Notes under the pieces: generated by a model
The model's input: the letters and a program-made list of their open reading frames with translations, nothing else
The model's database searches: none
Told to the model about the DNA's origin: nothing
Made by a program: the position numbers and the translations under genes
In this document: positions 59,616 to 64,000 of the stretch, one piece after another
How positions within the stretch are numbered: position 1 is the first letter of the stretch
Layout: every line of letters begins with the position of its first letter
Origin: Eledone cirrhosa
Taxonomy: Eukaryota
Assembly: GCA_964016885.1 (NCBI GenBank)
Contig: OZ024765.1
Coordinates: 20,088,001 to 20,152,000, forward strand
DNA: 64,000 nt
Direction: 5' to 3'

Positions 59616-60407
59616 ATATAGGAAGAGAGGGTGTGTATGTATGTATGTCCATGTGTGTTTAATTATATGACAGAGAGGGAGGGTTGTAAATACAGTGTAA
59701 TTAATTAAGAGAGAGAGAGGGTGAGAGATAGAGAGAGTAAGAGAGAGAGAGAGGGTTAGAGAGTGAGAAAGAGGTAAATCCTGAATGTAATTGAGAGTGA
59801 GGGAGAGAGATAAAGAGAGTGAGAGGGGGAGAAACAGAGTGAGAGAGAGGGAGCATAGAGAGAGAGGGGGTGAGAGAGAGCGCAGGAGTGAGGGGGAGAT
59901 AGATATATATATATAGAGAGAGAGAGGGGAATAAAGAGAGACAGAGAGAGAGAGTGTGTGAGAGAGGGGAATAAAGAGAGACAGAGAGAGAGTGTGTGAG
60001 AGAGGGGGAGTGAGGGGGAGATAGATAGATATATAGAGAGAGGAATAAAGAGACAGAGTGAGCAGAGAGAGAGAGAGAGTGTGTGAGAGAGAGGGAGTGA
60101 GAGAGAGCGGGAGTGAGGGGGAGATAGATAGATATATAGAGAGGGGAATAAAGAGACAGAGTGAGCAGAGAGAGAGAGAGAGAGTGTGTGAGAGAGGGGG
60201 AGTGAGAAAGAGCGGGAGTGAGGGGGAGATAGATAGATATATAGAGAGGGGAATAAAGAGACAGAGTGAGCAGAGAGACAGAGAGAGAGAGAGAGACAGT
60301 GAGAGAGAGGGAGGCAGGTAAATCCTGTAATTAATTGACATACATCTGTAATTAATGTTTTGCCAGGTGAGCTAAGATGGAGGACATCTATAATAGGACT
60401 CCAAACA

Positions 60408-62160
60408 TGACCACCACCACCCCCACCACTAACACCACCATCACTAACACCACCACCACCACTAACACCACTAACACCACCACCACCACTAACACCACTA
60501 CCACTACTACTACCACCACCACCACTAACACCACCACCACTAACACCACCGACACTACTACTACCACCACTACTACCACCACCACTACCACCATCACCAC
60601 CACTACTACCACCACTGTTACTACTGACATAATTACTACCACCACTACCACCACCGACACTACTACTACCACCACCGACACTACTACTACCACCACCAAC
60701 ACCACCACCACTACCACTACTACTACCACCACCAACACCACCACTACTACTACCACCACCGACACTACTACTATCATCACCAACACCACCACTACTACTA
60801 CCACCACCATCACCACTACTACCACCACTAACACCACCACCACCACCACCAACACTACTACTACCACCACCAACACCACCACTACTACTACCACCACCGA
60901 CACTACTACTATCATCACCAACACCACCACTACTACTACCACCACCATCACCACTACTACCACCACTAACACCACCAACACCACCACCGACACTACTACT
61001 ACCACCACCAACACCACCATCACCACTACTACTACCACCACCACCACTACTGACATAATTACTACCACCACCAACACCACCACTACTACTACCACCACCA
61101 CCACCACCATCACTACTACTACAACCACTACCACCACCACCACCAGCACCGACACTACTACCACCACCACCACTACTACCACCACCGACATTACTACTAC
61201 CATCACCACCACCACCATCACTACTACTACAACCACTACTACCACCACCACCAGCACCGACACTACTACCACCACCACCATCACCACCACCACTACTACC
61301 ACCACCGACATTACTACTACCATCACCACCACCACCATCACTACTACTACAACCACTACCACCACCACCACCAGCACCGACACTACTACCACCACCACCA
61401 CTACTACCACCACCGACATTACTACTACCATCACCACCACCACCATCACTACTACTAAAACCACTACTACCACCACCACCACCACCGACACTACTACTAC
61501 CATCACCAACACCACCACCACCATCACCACTACTACTACCATCACCAACACCACCATTACTACCACCACCACCACCACTACTACCAGCACCGACACTACT
61601 ACTACCATCACCAACACCACCACCACCATCACTACTACTACTACCACCACCAACACCACCATTACTACCACCACCACCACCACTACAACTACCACCACCG
61701 ACACTACTACTACCATCACCAACACCACCACCAACATCACCACTACTACCACCACCACCACCACTACTGACATAATTACTACCACCACTACCACCACCAC
61801 CACTACAACTACCACCACCGACACTACTACTACCATCACCCCCATCACCACTACTACCACCACTACTACCACCACCACCACCACCACTACCACCACCACC
61901 ACCACCACCACTAGACATAATTACTACCACCACCATCACTACTACTACCACCACTACCACCACTACTACTACTACCACCACCAACATCACCACTACTACC
62001 ACCACCACCACCACTACTACTACCACCACCGACACTACTACTACCATCACCACTACTACCACCACCACCACCACCACCACTAGACATAATTACTACCACC
62101 ACCATCACTACTACTACCACCACTACCACCACCACTACTACTACCACCACCAACACCACT
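60408..62160. repeat. (ACC/ACT)n trinucleotide tract
   Basis: Poly-Thr/Val/Gly-Ser ORFs open in several frames. Confidence 0.9.
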
Positions 62161-62559
62161 TCTTTCTGGAGCGAGAGACCCCTAGTCTTCATTAAGACAT
62201 CTCTGTAGGAGAAGGTCACTCTGATATAAAACCTGTCACTTAGTTGACATCCAATGGTGGAGACCAGTTCTACTTTCTGGTTAAATACATTCGATGCTCA
62301 GAGACTGGGATTGGCTCCGTGCAAAGCCTTTCTTCACTTAATAAGGCTTCAAACACAGGCATTGCTTGATATGTGACATATATTGCGATGCATGGTGTTG
62401 CTGACCACAGGCAAGTCCCTAACAGGATTAAACGCCACGTCTGCGATGCTTATACTTAAGTATCAAGTGATGGCATTACTTGAAATTGATTTTCAGGCAT
62501 CATATACACACACACATATGTATATACACATGTATACACACACACATATATATATATAT

Positions 62560-62913
62560 GGAGGCACATGGCTTAGTGGTTAGAGCATTGGCCTTGCAAT
62601 CGAAAGGTTGTGAGTTCAATTCTCAGACCGGGTGATGTGTTGTTTCCTTGAGCAAGACACTTTATTTCACATTGCTCCAGCTTACTCAGCTGTAGAAATG
62701 AGATGATAGGGACTGGGGTCCATATCATTCCACTGTAAAGTGGTCGTGGAGGTGCCACGGCAAAAAAGCACCCATCACTCACTGTAAATGAGGTTGGTGT
62801 TAGGAAGGGCATCCAGCTGTAGAAATCAAGCCAGAATCAGTTCCCGTCCCACCCTTGCAAGCAGGGAAAAAGCGGACGTAAAATGAAATGATGATGATGA
62901 TGATGATGATGAT
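62560..62913 (+). mobile_element. Full-length tRNA-derived SINE with CORE-like domain and RTE-type 3' tail
   Basis: A box tggcttagtgg, B box gagttcaattc, ccttgagcaagacacttta domain, and 3' gcagggaaaaagcggacgtaaaatga(tga)n. Confidence 0.88.
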
Positions 62914-63270
62914 GTAGAAGTTATATTTAATTTGTTGGGATACAACAAGCAAATATTTTTATAACTGATATAAAGCACTCAACAAATTTTTGGAGTAAAA
63001 ATATAATATATTAACAAATGGAAACTATATTTATAAAACCATATTTATTTCATTTTACATATTTCAAGGACACCAAAGCAAATTCTGGTGCGCTTTCATC
63101 AGATAAAATATAATATATAAGGGTATGTCAATATTTGTTTATAAACTGATCTATATTATATTTTATCTGATGAAAGCGTACCATAATTTGCTTTGGTGTC
63201 CTTGAAATATGTATAATGAAATAAATATGGTTTTATAAATATAGTTTCCATTTGTTAATATATTGTATAT
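62913..63270 (-). mobile_element. Fold-back element, family A (tail on the left)
   Basis: Tail 62913-62997 reversed; arms about 63000-63118 and 63152-63269. The minus-strand hammerhead has its cleavage triplet mutated to AAA. Confidence 0.88.
63159..63223 (+). ncRNA. Minimal hammerhead ribozyme (intact core)
   Basis: tattttat-ctgatga-aagcgtacca..tggtgtcctt-gaaa-tatgtata/atgaaata. Confidence 0.83.
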
Positions 63271-63277
63271 ATATATA

Positions 63278-63943
63278 TTTTTTTTCCCTTACATATCCTC
63301 TTCCAACAGTTTAATTTAAATAAACCGTTATCTTTTCAACTTTTCGGACACTCATTTGCATACTCACTCATAACTTTGTATCACCCTCAATAAAAGATTA
63401 TCTCCACTATCCAGGAAGCTCCAACCGTTAAGGTTGTCTTTTTTCCGGGTATGTCAATATTTATTTATAAAGCAAATCTGTATTTTATCTGATGAAAGCG
63501 CACCATAATTTACCTTCGTGGCCCTTGGAATATATATAATAAAATAAATTTGGTTTTATAAATATAGTTTCCATTTGTTAATATATTGTATATATATATA
63601 TTTTTTTTCCCTTACATATCCTCTTCCAACAGTTTAATTTAAATAAACCGTTATCTTTTCAACTTTTCGGACACTCATTTGCATACTCACTCATAACTTT
63701 GTATCACCCTCAATAAAAGATTATCTCCACTATCCAGGAAGCTCCAACCGTTAAGGTTGTCTTTTTTCCGGGTATGTCAATATTTATTTATAAAGCAAAT
63801 CTGTATTTTATCTGATGAAAGCGCACCATAATTTACCTTCGTGGCCCTTGGAATATATATAATAAAATAAATTTGGTTTTATAAATATAGTTTCCATTTA
63901 TTAATATATTGTGTATTTACTCCACTAAACTGTTGAGTGCTTT
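63278..63943 (+). repeat. Two direct tandem units of about 323 bp, each with a hammerhead-like motif (GGAA variant), ending in the family A tail
   Basis: CTGATGA at 63489 and 63812; the units are near-identical; tactccactaaactgttgagtgc at about 63918. Confidence 0.85.
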
Positions 63944-64000
63944 CAAAGTAAGAAAACAGCACAGTTCCTATGACTTTCAGAAACATTTTTTCACGCTCAG

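Noticed and set aside
59756-62083. 774-aa Gly/Ser-rich and 568-aa Thr-rich mucin-like ORFs
   Set aside because: A trinucleotide tract open in several frames on both strands, with no signal peptide or unique flanking domain.
62560-62632. tRNA gene
   Set aside because: A and B boxes are present, but the sequence continues into a SINE body and lacks a proper acceptor stem.

Overview
Repeat-saturated, AT-rich eukaryotic DNA. The mix of SINEs, RTE/CR1 LINEs and (TA)n/(TACA)n repeats suggests a coleoid cephalopod such as Octopus (inference). The only host coding sequence I can support is one minus-strand exon of a GPSM2/LGN/Pins-family gene (2239-2462, TPR region). Nearly all long ORFs are artefacts of microsatellites or minisatellites. 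The rest is SINEs, RTE and CR1 LINE fragments, a Tc1/mariner remnant, piggyBac-like MITEs and several minisatellites that grew out of transposon interiors. The main unexplained structure is a set of about 8 long fold-back palindromes embedded in (TA)n. They belong to about 5-6 sequence-unrelated families. Most carry a minimal type I hammerhead ribozyme (CUGANGA-stem II-GAAA-palindromic stem III-NUH) or its 3' half on both strands. In five families the palindrome is followed within 0-12 nt by a shared TACTC...GAGT(A/G)C tail hairpin. The window ends with three hammerhead motifs in direct tandem about 322 nt apart, which resembles a retrozyme. The architecture fits non-autonomous Penelope-like retroelement ends.
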